Below the pieces are notes generated by a model, which searched no databases, had not been told where the DNA came from, and saw only the letters and a list, made by a program, of their open reading frames with translations. DNA of 64,000 nucleotides from Candidatus Multivoradales bacterium. GTDB lineage: Bacteria; Acidobacteriota; Thermoanaerobaculia; Multivoradales; JAHEKO01. The stretch's first letter is position 1; every line of letters starts with the position of its first letter. Position numbers and translations under genes: made by a program. The DNA lies in assembly GCA_965248055.1 (NCBI GenBank), contig CBDFIJ010000004.1, positions 704,001 through 768,000 of the forward strand, written 5' to 3'. Positions 19,660 to 30,512 of the stretch are shown piece by piece.

Positions 19660-19680
19660 GACGGGCCGCGAATGAGGCCT

Positions 19681-21621
19681 CTAGCTGGCGGTCGCGGTGT
19701 CTACCGAAGCTGCCACCGGATGCTCAACCGGAGGAGCGACCTCGCGCACCGAATCCTCGGCCGGAGCGGACGGTGATTCCGGCTTGGAGTCGGTGCCACG
19801 ATCGCCTTCCAAAAACAGATGCTCGCCCTCGAGCACGTCCACCGCATAACGGTAGTTCTTGGCATCGTCGTTGTGCCACAGATCGTGGAACAAGCGATCG
19901 ACTTCGCGTCGGGTATTGATACAAAAAATATCGGCCGATTGCAGCGCTGACTTGGCTCCCTCATGCCCGATCTTCTTTATCGCCGTGGCGCGGGAGGCAG
20001 CGGCCGCCATGGCGAATAACTCATCGGCGATGTCCACCAGACGAAAAAGGAATCCCTGCTTGTTCTGCAGACCACCCTGGTGAACCAGCATGCCGTGAAA
20101 TACCTGACGTGCGAGTTTGCGCGACTTGCGATCGACAAAACGCATGTGGGGCGCCAAGTCACCAAACTCAGCATAGCGAGGCCATCTACCCCAACCCAGC
20201 CAGCGGGTGGGATACCAGACGCCGTAGAACGCTGCGCTGCGTAGTAGGGCACCCATCTTGGCACCCAAACCCTGTTTTGGATCGATCAAGGCACCGGCGA
20301 CCTGTAAGTGTTTATCGACCGCTTCCCGAGCCATGAACAGATGCATGATCTCGCTAGATCCTTCAAAGATGCGGTTAATTCTGAAATCGCGCATCATGCG
20401 CTCAATCCCGATTCCCTTGACTCCACGACTTTGCAGCGATTCTTCAGTTTCGTATCCAATGCCGCCACATACCTGCATGGTGTCGTCGATTAAGTCCCAG
20501 CCGACTTCGGTGTTCCACAACTTGCAGGCCGCAGCCTCCAAGCGAATATCGTAGTTACCCGCGTCAGCCATGGCGGTGGTGGTACGCACCATAGACTCCA
20601 TGGCGAAGGTCTTAGCAGCCATGTTGGCGATCAGTTGGGCAACTGCCTCGTGTTTGCCCACCGGTCGACCCCACTGCACTCGCTGCGAGGCGAATTCACG
20701 GCAGGCTTCGACGCATTCCTTGGCTGCGCCTACCGCGCCGTTGGGAATCGATAGACGACCGTCATTGAGCGTGGTGAGCGCGATCTTCAGTCCTCTCCCC
20801 TCTTTGCCGATCAGATTTTCGACCGGCACTCGGACATTGTGAAAACTAACCACCGCGTTGGCCAAAGCACGCAAACCCATGAAATGGCACCGGTGATCCA
20901 CTACCACGCCCTGCCAGTCAGCCTCGACCACAAAGGCGCTGATCTTGCCGCTATCGGCATGCCGGGCCATCACCACAAACAGCTTGGCGATGGTGCCATT
21001 GGTGCACCACAACTTGACGCCATTCATGATGTAGCTCTTGCCGTCTTCGGAGAGTTCGACCGAGGTCGCCAACCGTGCCGGGTCAGAGCCCACGTCGGGT
21101 TCGGTCAAGGCAAAGGCTGAGATCTCCCCAGCGGCACAACGCGGCAAGTACTCCTGCTTGAGATCGTCACTTCCGAACAACTTGAGTGGATTGGGGACGC
21201 CGATCGACTGATGGGCGGAAAGCAGCGCCGATACGTTGCCATCGACCCGCCCCACGTACTCCATAACCGTTTGGTACTCGGTATTGGAGAAACCAAGACC
21301 ACCGTACTTCTTGGGGATCTTCATGCCGAAAGCGCCGATCTCGCGCAGGCCATCGATCAGTTCCGGTGGATACTCACCAGTGCGATCAATGGCAACCGAA
21401 TCCGTGCGATCTAAAAGCGCTATGAACTTGGCGTAGAATTCCGAAAACTCACTGGTGGGACGCTCTCGTAAAGGGAACGGATGCACCAGTTCCAAGTGAA
21501 AATTGCCGAGAAACAACTCTTTTAGAAAGCTGGGCTGCTTCCATTCCTTCTGCCGCGAAGCTTCCGCCAGTTCGCGGGCCTCGCTCTCGGTTGCATGCCT
21601 TACTTTGTTGGGTTCACTCAT
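19681..21621 (-). CDS. Acyl-CoA dehydrogenase (long, ACAD9/VLCAD-like)
   Basis: SAFALTEPDVGSD, NGVKLWCTNG, RVQWGRPV, QVCGGIGY, RINRIFEGSSEI. Confidence 0.93.
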   Translation of the reverse strand: MSEPNKVRHATESEARELAEASRQKEWKQPSFLKELFLGNFHLELVHPFPLRERPTSEFSEFYAKFIALLDRTDSVAIDRTGEYPPELIDGLREIGAFGMKIPKKYGGLGFSNTEYQTVMEYVGRVDGNVSALLSAHQSIGVPNPLKLFGSDDLKQEYLPRCAAGEISAFALTEPDVGSDPARLATSVELSEDGKSYIMNGVKLWCTNGTIAKLFVVMARHADSGKISAFVVEADWQGVVVDHRCHFMGLRALANAVVSFHNVRVPVENLIGKEGRGLKIALTTLNDGRLSIPNGAVGAAKECVEACREFASQRVQWGRPVGKHEAVAQLIANMAAKTFAMESMVRTTTAMADAGNYDIRLEAAACKLWNTEVGWDLIDDTMQVCGGIGYETEESLQSRGVKGIGIERMMRDFRINRIFEGSSEIMHLFMAREAVDKHLQVAGALIDPKQGLGAKMGALLRSAAFYGVWYPTRWLGWGRWPRYAEFGDLAPHMRFVDRKSRKLARQVFHGMLVHQGGLQNKQGFLFRLVDIADELFAMAAAASRATAIKKIGHEGAKSALQSADIFCINTRREVDRLFHDLWHNDDAKNYRYAVDVLEGEHLFLEGDRGTDSKPESPSAPAEDSVREVAPPVEHPVAASVDTATAS

Positions 21622-21830
21622 GCCTGGCCTCCGGTGTCAATACGCTTCATCTGCCAGTGCGGACTGCCAATGCCGCGATGTGGCATAAATCTTACCGCGC
21701 TGCGGCATTGATCCTAGCAAACCGTCGTCAACAAGCCAAATCGGTCTCCATACGATGCCAACCCGCTCAGCCAATTCCTTCCATCACGGACTTGGTCGCG
21801 CCAAAAAAATAGGCACCACTGCCACGACAA

Positions 21831-23129
21831 TTAGGGATAAATCCTGGTCAAGGTCCTGGGGTAGGGAATGGTCTCGCGGATATGGTGGATGCCACACATC
21901 CAACCTACGAACCGCTCTAAGCCCATGCCGAAACCGCTGTGCGGAAAGGTACCGTGCCGACGCACGTCCAAGTACCACTGAAACGCATCTTCGGGCAGGT
22001 CGTGTTGGCGAATCCGCTCGAGTAGCAGGTCGTAGTCATGGATGCGCTGGCTGCCGCCAATAATCTCGCCGTAGCCTTCGGGGGCCAATACATCCAAAGC
22101 CAGGGCAAGTTTCGGGTCTTCTGGTGCTGGCTGCATGTAAAACGCTTTGATCTCGGTCGGGTACTTCTGCACCATCACCGGTTTAGCGAAGTGGTTGGCC
22201 AACGCGCTCTCCTCTTCGGCGCCGAAGTCGTCACCCCAGGTCACTGCAAAGCCCTGCTCTACCAACATTTTCACCGCTTCGGTGTAGGAGATCCTGGGAA
22301 ACGGACCACACACCGCCTGCAACGGTTCCAAGTCCCGTTCCAGCACCTTGAGCGGCTCGGAGCAACGATCGAGAACCCGACTGACCACTTGACAGAGAAA
22401 GTCCTCGGCCAGATCACAAAGGCCGTCAAATTCAAGACCGGCCACCTCTGGCTCGACCATCCAAAACTCGGTGAGATGGCGACGGGTTTTCGATTTTTCC
22501 GCGCGAAACGTCGGTCCGAAGCAGTAGACCTTACCCAGCGCCGCGGCTGCAGGTTCTAAATAGAGTTGCCCCGACTGGCTGAGATAGGCCTCTTCACCAA
22601 AATAGTCGGTGGAAAATAATGTCGAAGTGCCCTCGCAAGCCGCCGGTGTCAAAATCGGCGAGTCAATCAGCACAAAATCTCGATTGTAAAAGTAGTCGCG
22701 AATCGCCTGCACCACCTCGTTGCGTACCTGCAAAATCGCCCGAGGGCGACTGGAACGCAGCCATAGGTGCCGGTGGTCCATTAGGAAGGCGGTACCGTGC
22801 TCTTTGGGCGAGATCGGAAATTCGTTGCCTGCGGCGTGGCGGATTACCTGCGCGGCGTGAATCTCGACACCCCCAGGAGCCCGTTGATCCTCGCTCACGT
22901 TGCCGACAATCGAGACAAAGTCCTCTTGCGTTAAGGTCGAGGCGATCTCCCAACTGGCGTCGTTCAAGTCACTCTTGGAGCACACCACTTGCACCGCGTC
23001 GGTGCCCAGCCGAACCGTGGCAAAAGCAATCTTTCCCGAGGATCGAGATTGCATAATCCAGCCGTCGAACTTCACGGTCTCGCCCGCTTGGGCGCGTAGT
23101 TGTTGCAAAGTAGATACAGAGGTCATCAA
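21831..23129 (-). CDS. asnS: Asparagine--tRNA ligase
   Basis: OB fold, DHRHLWLR, CEGTSTLF, LSQSGQLY, GPTFRAEKSKTRRHLTEFWMVEPE, EIIGGSQR, PHSGFGMGLER. Confidence 0.96.
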   Translation of the reverse strand: MMTSVSTLQQLRAQAGETVKFDGWIMQSRSSGKIAFATVRLGTDAVQVVCSKSDLNDASWEIASTLTQEDFVSIVGNVSEDQRAPGGVEIHAAQVIRHAAGNEFPISPKEHGTAFLMDHRHLWLRSSRPRAILQVRNEVVQAIRDYFYNRDFVLIDSPILTPAACEGTSTLFSTDYFGEEAYLSQSGQLYLEPAAAALGKVYCFGPTFRAEKSKTRRHLTEFWMVEPEVAGLEFDGLCDLAEDFLCQVVSRVLDRCSEPLKVLERDLEPLQAVCGPFPRISYTEAVKMLVEQGFAVTWGDDFGAEEESALANHFAKPVMVQKYPTEIKAFYMQPAPEDPKLALALDVLAPEGYGEIIGGSQRIHDYDLLLERIRQHDLPEDAFQWYLDVRRHGTFPHSGFGMGLERFVGWMCGIHHIRETIPYPRTLTRIYP

Positions 23130-23291
23130 TATTCTCCAGGCGGGGCTTTCCAGATACGGTTTTCTAGAAGTGAGTCTCCAGATGCAGTGCCCACCAAATT
23201 ACCCAGCCGTGATCATAGCAACGCCTACCACGCTTCACAGTACCTTCCAGGGCCTTTCTCGTGCCTCCCCGAAACTGGAAACGCTTGTGCT

Positions 23292-23957
23292 CTAACCGTC
23301 GATCTCCAGCTTGGTACTCGCGTGTTCAGCCGCCACTTGCTCGGCTTGCTTCTTGGTCGGACCGACCCCGAGCCCCACCACCTCATCTTCCAGCAAACAT
23401 TCGACGGTGAAGGTCTTCTCGTGATCCGGGCCAGTGCTATCTCTCAAACGATAACTCGGCAGCGACATTGAGCGTGCCTGTAGCCACTCCTGAAGTCGCC
23501 CCTTGTGATCCGCCGCCGGGATTGGGCCAGAAAACAGAGGTTCCAGGAGTTTCTCGGCTGCCCAAAGTCCCGAATCCAAATAGGCGGCGCCTACGATCGC
23601 CTCCATAGCATCGGCCAGCACTCCCTCTTTCTCGGCTCCCCCACTCGCGCTCTCCCCGCGCCCAAGACGGAGAAATTCTCCGATCCCGTAGCGCCGTGCC
23701 AGAGAAGCAAGCGCCGGGCGACTCACTAGTCGACTCTTTAGTTGAGACAGGACCCCTTCCTGTTCCTCAGGGTTTGCGCGAAACAGCCCTTCGACCACCA
23801 CCAACTCAACGACCGCATCCCCCAAAAGTTCCAGGCGCTCGTTGTCTGGGCAGTTCTGTTCTGAGGCAAACGAGCGATGGGTCAAGGCGCGGTCGAGTAG
23901 TTCGCGATCTTCAAACGTCAATCCCAGCCCTTGTTCCACGGGGCTCAGCTCACTCAT
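23292..23957 (-). CDS. rnc: Ribonuclease III
   Basis: ALTHRS, NERLELLGDAV, ADAMEAIVGA, dsRBD HKGRLQE...KKQAEQ. Confidence 0.96.
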   Translation of the reverse strand: MSELSPVEQGLGLTFEDRELLDRALTHRSFASEQNCPDNERLELLGDAVVELVVVEGLFRANPEEQEGVLSQLKSRLVSRPALASLARRYGIGEFLRLGRGESASGGAEKEGVLADAMEAIVGAAYLDSGLWAAEKLLEPLFSGPIPAADHKGRLQEWLQARSMSLPSYRLRDSTGPDHEKTFTVECLLEDEVVGLGVGPTKKQAEQVAAEHASTKLEIDG

Positions 23958-25783
23958 CGGCGGTGAAACTGTTTTTCCAGGTCAAGATCGGACATCCGTA
24001 GCATCACCGGGCGTCCGTGAGGGCAGGCGTAGGGGTTGTCCGCGGCAAACAACTCGGAGATCAAATCCTCCGTTTCTTGGGGGTTCAAGACATCGTGCAT
24101 CTTGACTGCGCGTCGGCACGAGAGTCCGGCGGCCAAGACCTCTTCAAAGCGAGCGACCAGCTGATCGACCGGCAGATCGGCGGCAGCCACTTCCCGGAGA
24201 AATGTTTCGACCTGGGTATGCGACAACATTGCCGGGAGCGCGGAAATCGCCACCGTTCCCCCCGACAGCACCTCAATATCAAACCCCGCCTTGCTGGCGA
24301 ATTCCTGAGCATCTGCCAGCCGCTCGCTTTCGTCGCTTGAAACTTCAACCATCAGGGGCGTCAACAACGTCTGTTGTTCAATCGGAGATCCGGTACTGGC
24401 CTTCAAAATCCGCTCGAATAACACGCGCTCATGAGCCACATGCTGATCGATTAAGTAGAGCGCATCCGGCCCTTCGGCGAGGATCAACGAGGCCTTGTAC
24501 TGCCCGAGGATGCGAAACGGTCGCTCGCGCCCATCCCTACCGCTCAACGGAATCACTCTCTCGGACGGTTCCGGGGCCGGACTGGGTTCCGAGATTCGGT
24601 CGCGGATTACGCTTGCGCTGAACCCCTCCGCCCCGGCACCAGCCTCAGCTACATCGCCCGGCTGATCGCCGGCGGTGAGGTTCCAAGTCTCGGTCGGTTG
24701 CGATGCTCGGCCCAACCCTTGCCAAGCACCTGGGCTGCTCAGCGGCAGATCGAAGACGGTATCGACCGGGGCTTGTTCGTGACCGCGCGCCAACGCCAGA
24801 CCGTGGCGCAAACGTCGATAGACCCGCGAGTTGAGGCTGGCGTCGCGAAACCGCACTTCGTGCTTTTGCGGGTGCACGTTGACGTCGACCTGATCCGGCG
24901 AAAGTTGCAGAAACAGGAACAAAGACGGAAATTCTCCACCACCCCACTCATCGCGCGCTGCGCGATAGAACAAGGCCATCAGCGCCCGATCTCTGAGCAG
25001 CCTGCCGTTGACAAAAACAAAGGCTTTTCGACCTCGCACCGTCTGCTTATCGCCGACCATGCCCCAAATCGATTCTTCGCTCTCTGGAGAGTCGCCAAAG
25101 GGAACTAGGTGTTCGGCAAGGCGGCGACCAAAAAGCTGATCCACACGGGTCCGCAACCCGCTATAGGCATCGGGATCGACCAACTTCGGCGCCTCAATCA
25201 ACGCTCCAGCTTGGCTATCCAGGCTAAAGCCAATGTCACGATGAACCAAAGCGTAGGCGCTGACCACCTCCACGCACCGGCGCTGTTCGGTGGCTGCTTG
25301 CTTGAGGAACTTGCGCCTCGCCGGTACATTGTAAAAAAGCGAAGAAACCTCGATACCGGTACCGATGGGATAGGGAATCGGCTCCGCCACCGTCTGCTCT
25401 CCACCCTCAACCCGCACGTGAAAACCACCTCCGGCTTGATCGGTGGTACGTAAATCGACTTGACTCACCGCGGCGATGGCTGCCAGCGCTTCACCACGAA
25501 ACCCCAAAGTTGCAATCGCCTCCAAGTCCGCCAGTTGCTCCAATTTGCTGGTTGCGTGACGCTGGAACGCGAGCACAGCATCTTGGGCGTCCATCCCCTG
25601 GCCGTCGTCACGAACGCTCAAATACTCGCGTCCGCCGCCGCCCAACTCAATCTTGATCTGCGAAGAGTTGGCGTCTAAGGAATTCTCCAGCAACTCTTTG
25701 ACCACCGACGCCGGCCGCTCCACCACTTCGCCGGCAGCGATCTGAGTGATCAGGCGATCGGCAAGCGGCTTGATCCTGCTCAA
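23954..25783 (-). CDS. mutL: DNA mismatch repair endonuclease MutL
   Basis: QIAAGEVVERPASVVKELLENSLDA, GFRGEAL, DVNVHP, DQHVAHERVLFE, ACPHGRP. TTG start 25783 overlaps the upstream TGA. Confidence 0.96.
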   Translation of the reverse strand: MSRIKPLADRLITQIAAGEVVERPASVVKELLENSLDANSSQIKIELGGGGREYLSVRDDGQGMDAQDAVLAFQRHATSKLEQLADLEAIATLGFRGEALAAIAAVSQVDLRTTDQAGGGFHVRVEGGEQTVAEPIPYPIGTGIEVSSLFYNVPARRKFLKQAATEQRRCVEVVSAYALVHRDIGFSLDSQAGALIEAPKLVDPDAYSGLRTRVDQLFGRRLAEHLVPFGDSPESEESIWGMVGDKQTVRGRKAFVFVNGRLLRDRALMALFYRAARDEWGGGEFPSLFLFLQLSPDQVDVNVHPQKHEVRFRDASLNSRVYRRLRHGLALARGHEQAPVDTVFDLPLSSPGAWQGLGRASQPTETWNLTAGDQPGDVAEAGAGAEGFSASVIRDRISEPSPAPEPSERVIPLSGRDGRERPFRILGQYKASLILAEGPDALYLIDQHVAHERVLFERILKASTGSPIEQQTLLTPLMVEVSSDESERLADAQEFASKAGFDIEVLSGGTVAISALPAMLSHTQVETFLREVAAADLPVDQLVARFEEVLAAGLSCRRAVKMHDVLNPQETEDLISELFAADNPYACPHGRPVMLRMSDLDLEKQFHRR

Positions 25784-26388
25784 AATCCCGCTCCGTGCCA
25801 ACCCTGTACATCCCGGCTCGAAGAAACCAAACCGTGTGTGGACAGGAACCGATAGGCCAAAGCCACTGGGAAAGCGGCCAGCAGTAAGCCCAACAAGGTC
25901 ACCGGCAGTGCTGAGACCCGTGCGCCTCGCTGCAACCAAAAGGCGATCGCGGTTGCCAAACCAGTGGCTACCAAAAAGCTCGCCGCATCCCCCACCAAAG
26001 AGCGTCCTAGAGTCCTCCTCTGCAACAGCCACCCCGCCACCCACGCCCCTGCGGCCGCGGCCAGCGCTCGCGCACCGACCTGCCAAACCACATACCTAGC
26101 TCCACCCTGGCCAAGAATCAAAGGCAGTTCAAACAAAGTACCCATCAAGATAATCAACACCGCGCTGCCCGCTCTCCAGCCGCCCCACAGGCCACCAGCC
26201 AACGCCGCCACCCAAAGAAACAAGAACAATCCGGCCCACAACCCAGGCACAAGGATCGGCAACGCCGCGGCTGTCAGCAGGGCCGCCAAACTGAACCCAA
26301 GCAATTTCAGAGTGCGAAGAATCGTCCTGAGATCCCCAGGAGAGTCGTAGGCCGGGTCATGACCGAGTGCCGGTCGAGAAGCTGTCAT
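25780..26388 (-). CDS. Hypothetical integral membrane protein coupled to mutL
   Basis: About 6 hydrophobic segments; stop overlaps the mutL start. Confidence 0.65.
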   Translation of the reverse strand: MTASRPALGHDPAYDSPGDLRTILRTLKLLGFSLAALLTAAALPILVPGLWAGLFLFLWVAALAGGLWGGWRAGSAVLIILMGTLFELPLILGQGGARYVVWQVGARALAAAAGAWVAGWLLQRRTLGRSLVGDAASFLVATGLATAIAFWLQRGARVSALPVTLLGLLLAAFPVALAYRFLSTHGLVSSSRDVQGWHGAGF

Positions 26389-26451
26389 CGGAAAATTCCT
26401 TGGGTTGGGGTCTGGTTCATGGGGTTCAAGAGCGTTTGCTGCAACTTCGTG

Positions 26452-27687
26452 TCAACTGGTTGTCGGGTTTGACTCTACTGTGATCGATGACTCAGGGAGC
26501 TGTGCACTCAGCACACGCAAGGCATTCTCTCCCATCACCCCGCGAACGGTTTCCGCAGAGAGCCCAACTCTCAGAAGCTCTTGCGTCAACACCGAAAGTT
26601 GGGCGGCGTCAAACGGCACCGAAGTCGCCCCGTCAAAATCCGAACCCAAGGCCACCGACTTCGACCCGGCAATCGCCACCGCGTGTTGAATCGCCCTGGC
26701 AATCGCTGGGACATCGTCGCCACAGGTCGCCCCCCGCCAGAAGCCGATGCCAATCAAACCACCGGTCGCGGCAATGCGACGGATCTGACCATCGGACAAA
26801 TTTCTCGGACCGGGACAAGTGCCCCGAACTCCGGTGTGGGAGACCAGCACCGGATGGGTCGCAACCCGCAGCACATCCTCGATCAACGCGGGCGAGGCAT
26901 GGGCGAGGTCGACGATCCCGTTCCGTTGCTCAATCGCCATGACCATCTGGCGACCAAACGCAGTAAGGCCCCCTTGTTTCATCCCGTGCGCTGAGCCTCC
27001 CAAACGATTGTCAAAGAAATGTGCCAAACCGAAGATTCGATAACCCAAGGTAAACAACCGATCAAGATTCTCGGCACGACCTTCCAAGGCCTGCATCCCC
27101 TCGATCGCCAACAGACCTCCGATCTGTGTGCTCTCTTCATTCTGCAGAAGCTGACGCAAGTCGCGCTGGTTCTCGATCAACGTCAAGCTTTTGCCCTGCG
27201 CACGGCGCAGGCGTTTTGCCTGAAACTTCGCCCGTTGGAAATCACTCCACCACGATCTCAGTGGCCAACCCTGAGCGATCACCAAGGGTAGCATCGCGTC
27301 GCTCGGTGTATTGTGTTGGTAGTTCTGACCTCTTGGAGTGCGAATCACAGCGCTGAAAACCTGCAGTCGCACGTTGCCAGCCTGCAGCCGCGGCAGGTCC
27401 GAATGACCCCGCTGGGAACGGCGCCGCAAGTTTCGCGACCACAGCAGAAAATCGTTGTGCAGATCCACTGTCCTCAAGGATTGATGGAACTCGCTGGCTT
27501 GGGCTTCAACCTTGGGTATCGTGGCCCCGGTCAGCGTGTTCATCCTGCCATCGACAACGCCGGGGACGATGGCGGTGAACACGATCAAGACGATCGCTGC
27601 CAGCAGCATCACACCGATCAGTATTCGCTTAGCCCAGGACACTATTTCTCTACTCGTGGTTCGTTGGCTGTGGCTCGTTAGCAACAT
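26452..27687 (-). CDS. Membrane dipeptidase (M19 family)
   Basis: N-terminal TM helix, VDLHND, LAIEG, VDLAHAS, VSHTG, ALGSDFDG. Confidence 0.92.
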   Translation of the reverse strand: MLLTSHSQRTTSREIVSWAKRILIGVMLLAAIVLIVFTAIVPGVVDGRMNTLTGATIPKVEAQASEFHQSLRTVDLHNDFLLWSRNLRRRSQRGHSDLPRLQAGNVRLQVFSAVIRTPRGQNYQHNTPSDAMLPLVIAQGWPLRSWWSDFQRAKFQAKRLRRAQGKSLTLIENQRDLRQLLQNEESTQIGGLLAIEGMQALEGRAENLDRLFTLGYRIFGLAHFFDNRLGGSAHGMKQGGLTAFGRQMVMAIEQRNGIVDLAHASPALIEDVLRVATHPVLVSHTGVRGTCPGPRNLSDGQIRRIAATGGLIGIGFWRGATCGDDVPAIARAIQHAVAIAGSKSVALGSDFDGATSVPFDAAQLSVLTQELLRVGLSAETVRGVMGENALRVLSAQLPESSITVESNPTTS

Positions 27688-27787
27688 CGCATTGGGTCGA
27701 ACTGGTTCTCTCGTGGTTCAACCTGTGGGGTTCGCTACCCAGTGCCACTACCCAAGTGCCTTGCGTAGCCGAAAGAAGAAATCCTGC

Positions 27788-30499
27788 CTACGAATCAAGA
27801 TGGATCGCTTTGGCGGCGGCCAGCCGAGCCAGCGGCACGCGAAACGGCGAGCAAGAGACATAGTCCAGCCCACAGGTCTCGACGAACGCGATCGAGGCCG
27901 GATCTCCCCCGTGCTCCCCGCAGATGCCGAGCTTAAGGTCAGCCCGGGACTCTCGGCCTGAGACTGCTGCCATGCGCACCAACTGTCCAACGCCTTCGAT
28001 GTCCAGTTCGGTGAACGGATCGACCGAGAGGACGCCGCGCTCCAAGTACTCGCTGAGAAACTGGCTGACGTCATCGCGGGAGTAGCCCCAGGTCATCTGG
28101 GTCAGGTCGTTGGTGCCAAAGGAAAAGAAATCGGCGAACTCAGCGATCTTTCCGGCCACCAGCGCGGCGCGCGGAACCTCAATCATGGTGCCGATCGGTA
28201 TCTCGAGCACCACTCCGGACTCACTGGCCACCCGGTCCAAGACGGCCTCGATCGCGCTACGCAGCGAACGCATTTCTTCTACCGTCCCAACCAACGGCAC
28301 CATAATCTCCGGTCGTGGCGAAGCCCCTTCCTGGAGCAGTCGAACGGTTGCCCGAGCAATCGCCTCTACCTGCATGGCGTAGATCTCCGGGCTGGTGATC
28401 CCCAAACGGCATCCGCGATGACCCAGCATCGGGTTCACTTCACGGATCTCTTCGATACGTCCTTCAATCGCCGACGCCTCGACCCCCAATTCTGCGGCCA
28501 GTTGATCGATCGTTTCCCGCTCCTGCGGCAGGAATTCATGCAGCGGTGGATCCAGGAGACGAATGGTGACTGGTCGACTTGCCATCGCCCGAAAGATTCC
28601 CTCGAAGTCCCCTTGCTGTGCTGGCAGGAGCTGAGCCAAGGCGTCGGTGCGGCGTGCGGAATCGGTGTCGATAATCACGCGCCGGACCAACTGAATCCGC
28701 TCTTCACTAAAGAACATGTGCTCGGTGCGGCACAGTCCAATTCCTTCGGCTCCCAGTGCTACTGCCGCTGCGGCGTCTTCCGGAGTGTCAGCATTGGCTC
28801 GTACTCGCATTCGGCGAACTTGATCGGCCCAGCTCAACACCTGGACAAAGGCGTCCACCAGCGGATCTTCCCTGCCCTCGCCTTCGCCAGAGAGCAGCGC
28901 GCGCACCACTCGTGAAGGTCTTGTTTCCATGCGTCCGGCGATCACCTCTCCGGTACTGCCGTCGATCGAAACCCATTCTCCTTCCTCAAGTTGGCGCTCA
29001 CCCGCCTTCAAGCCGGATGGCTCGATGCGCAGTTCTCCGGCTCCGACGACACAAGGTTTGCCCAGTCCTCGGGCCACCACCGCAGCGTGCGAAGTCATAC
29101 CGCCCCGCGCGGTAAGAATGCCACTGGAGGCGTGCATTCCAACGATGTCCTCGGGCGACGTTTCGTCGCGCACCAGGATCACCGGTCCGTCGGCGGCCAT
29201 CTCAGCAGCCCGCTCCGCGGTCAGAGCGATCCGGCCACTCCCGGCACCGGGCCCAGCCGGTAGACCGCGGGCCAGTCCGCGACCATCGGCCAAAGACCGG
29301 CTCTTTTCTTGAGGATCGAAACCCGGCGCCAGCACTTGTGCCAAGTGATCCGGTTCGACCCGCGCCAACCCCAGAGTGGGATCAAGCTTGCCCTCAGCCA
29401 CCATCTCCGCTGCAATACGGATCGCTGCTGGGCCGCTGCGTTTCCCGTCACGGGTCTGCAGCATATAGAGCACACCGTCCTCAACGGTGAACTCGACGTC
29501 TTGCATATCGCGACGCTCATCTTCTAGTAATTGACAGACCTGCTCCAGTTGGACGAAGCACTCGGGGAACGCTGACTTCAGATCCTCTTCTCCGGAGTCC
29601 GAGACAATCGGCAGCGGGGTGCGGATGCCGGCAACCACGTCTTCTCCCTGCGCGTTGATCAAAAACTCGCCGTAGATCTTGGCCTCTCCGGTGGAAGGGT
29701 TGCGGGTAAAGGCTACTCCGGTGGCGCAGTTCGGCCCCCGATTGCCGAACACCATGGTCTGGACGTTGACCGCGGTGCCCAGGTCGTCAGGAATTCCGTG
29801 CAGCCGGCGATACTGCCGCGCACGGCGAATATTCCAGCTATCGAAGACCGCACCCACCGCAGCCCATAGCTGCTCGCGCGGATCGAACGGAAAGGTCTTT
29901 TCGTGCTTTGTTGCGTAGCGTAAGAACTGTTGACAGACGCCTTCTACTTGCACAGCCGACAGCTCTGCATCTGAACCCACCGAGGCAGCCGCGCGGCTAT
30001 CGCTGAGGATGGTTTCAAAACCGGCGTGGGGTACACCCAGCACCACATCGCAGTACATGGAAATCAGTCGGCGGTAGCAGTCCCAGGCGAATCGAGCGTC
30101 CCAGCCCTGTGAAATTTGCGCCCTGACGATCTCCTCGTTGAGCCCCAGGTTGAGAATGGTGTCCATCATCCCGGGCATCGAGTATTTGGCGCCCGAGCGA
30201 ACAGAGAGCAGCAGCGGGCGCTCCAACGAACCGAAGGACTTACCGCTGAGGCCCTCCAAGGTAGCCAATGCGCCGTCGAACTGCTCCGCCAAGCCCTCGG
30301 GGAACTCCCCGTCTCGCTGATGGTAAGCACGGCAGGCTTCTGTAGTGATGGTGAAGCCAGGAGGAACCGGGATTCCCAATTGGCTCATCTCCGCCAAACC
30401 AGCCCCCTTACCACCGAGTAGCTCCTTCTGATCCTTGGTGCCTTCGGTCAGACCGCGACCGGAAGCACCAGCAGCGAAGGAATAGGCGAATTTCTGCAT
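27788..30499 (-). CDS. ppdK: Pyruvate, phosphate dikinase
   Basis: LLGGKGAGLAEM, SMPGMMDTILNLG, GGMTSHAAVVARG, GLCRTEHMF, SFGTNDLTQ, GICGEHGGDP. Confidence 0.97.
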   Translation of the reverse strand: MQKFAYSFAAGASGRGLTEGTKDQKELLGGKGAGLAEMSQLGIPVPPGFTITTEACRAYHQRDGEFPEGLAEQFDGALATLEGLSGKSFGSLERPLLLSVRSGAKYSMPGMMDTILNLGLNEEIVRAQISQGWDARFAWDCYRRLISMYCDVVLGVPHAGFETILSDSRAAASVGSDAELSAVQVEGVCQQFLRYATKHEKTFPFDPREQLWAAVGAVFDSWNIRRARQYRRLHGIPDDLGTAVNVQTMVFGNRGPNCATGVAFTRNPSTGEAKIYGEFLINAQGEDVVAGIRTPLPIVSDSGEEDLKSAFPECFVQLEQVCQLLEDERRDMQDVEFTVEDGVLYMLQTRDGKRSGPAAIRIAAEMVAEGKLDPTLGLARVEPDHLAQVLAPGFDPQEKSRSLADGRGLARGLPAGPGAGSGRIALTAERAAEMAADGPVILVRDETSPEDIVGMHASSGILTARGGMTSHAAVVARGLGKPCVVGAGELRIEPSGLKAGERQLEEGEWVSIDGSTGEVIAGRMETRPSRVVRALLSGEGEGREDPLVDAFVQVLSWADQVRRMRVRANADTPEDAAAAVALGAEGIGLCRTEHMFFSEERIQLVRRVIIDTDSARRTDALAQLLPAQQGDFEGIFRAMASRPVTIRLLDPPLHEFLPQERETIDQLAAELGVEASAIEGRIEEIREVNPMLGHRGCRLGITSPEIYAMQVEAIARATVRLLQEGASPRPEIMVPLVGTVEEMRSLRSAIEAVLDRVASESGVVLEIPIGTMIEVPRAALVAGKIAEFADFFSFGTNDLTQMTWGYSRDDVSQFLSEYLERGVLSVDPFTELDIEGVGQLVRMAAVSGRESRADLKLGICGEHGGDPASIAFVETCGLDYVSCSPFRVPLARLAAAKAIHLDS

Positions 30500-30512
30500 G
30501 GATCCTCTGCTA

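Noticed and set aside
25784-26086. 101-aa N-terminal extension of MutL
   Set aside because: Overlaps the upstream membrane gene; MutL homology starts at TTG 25783. The long ORF-track starts of ppdK, recO, 7TM-HD, the second VWA gene and the SGNH gene were trimmed for the same reason.
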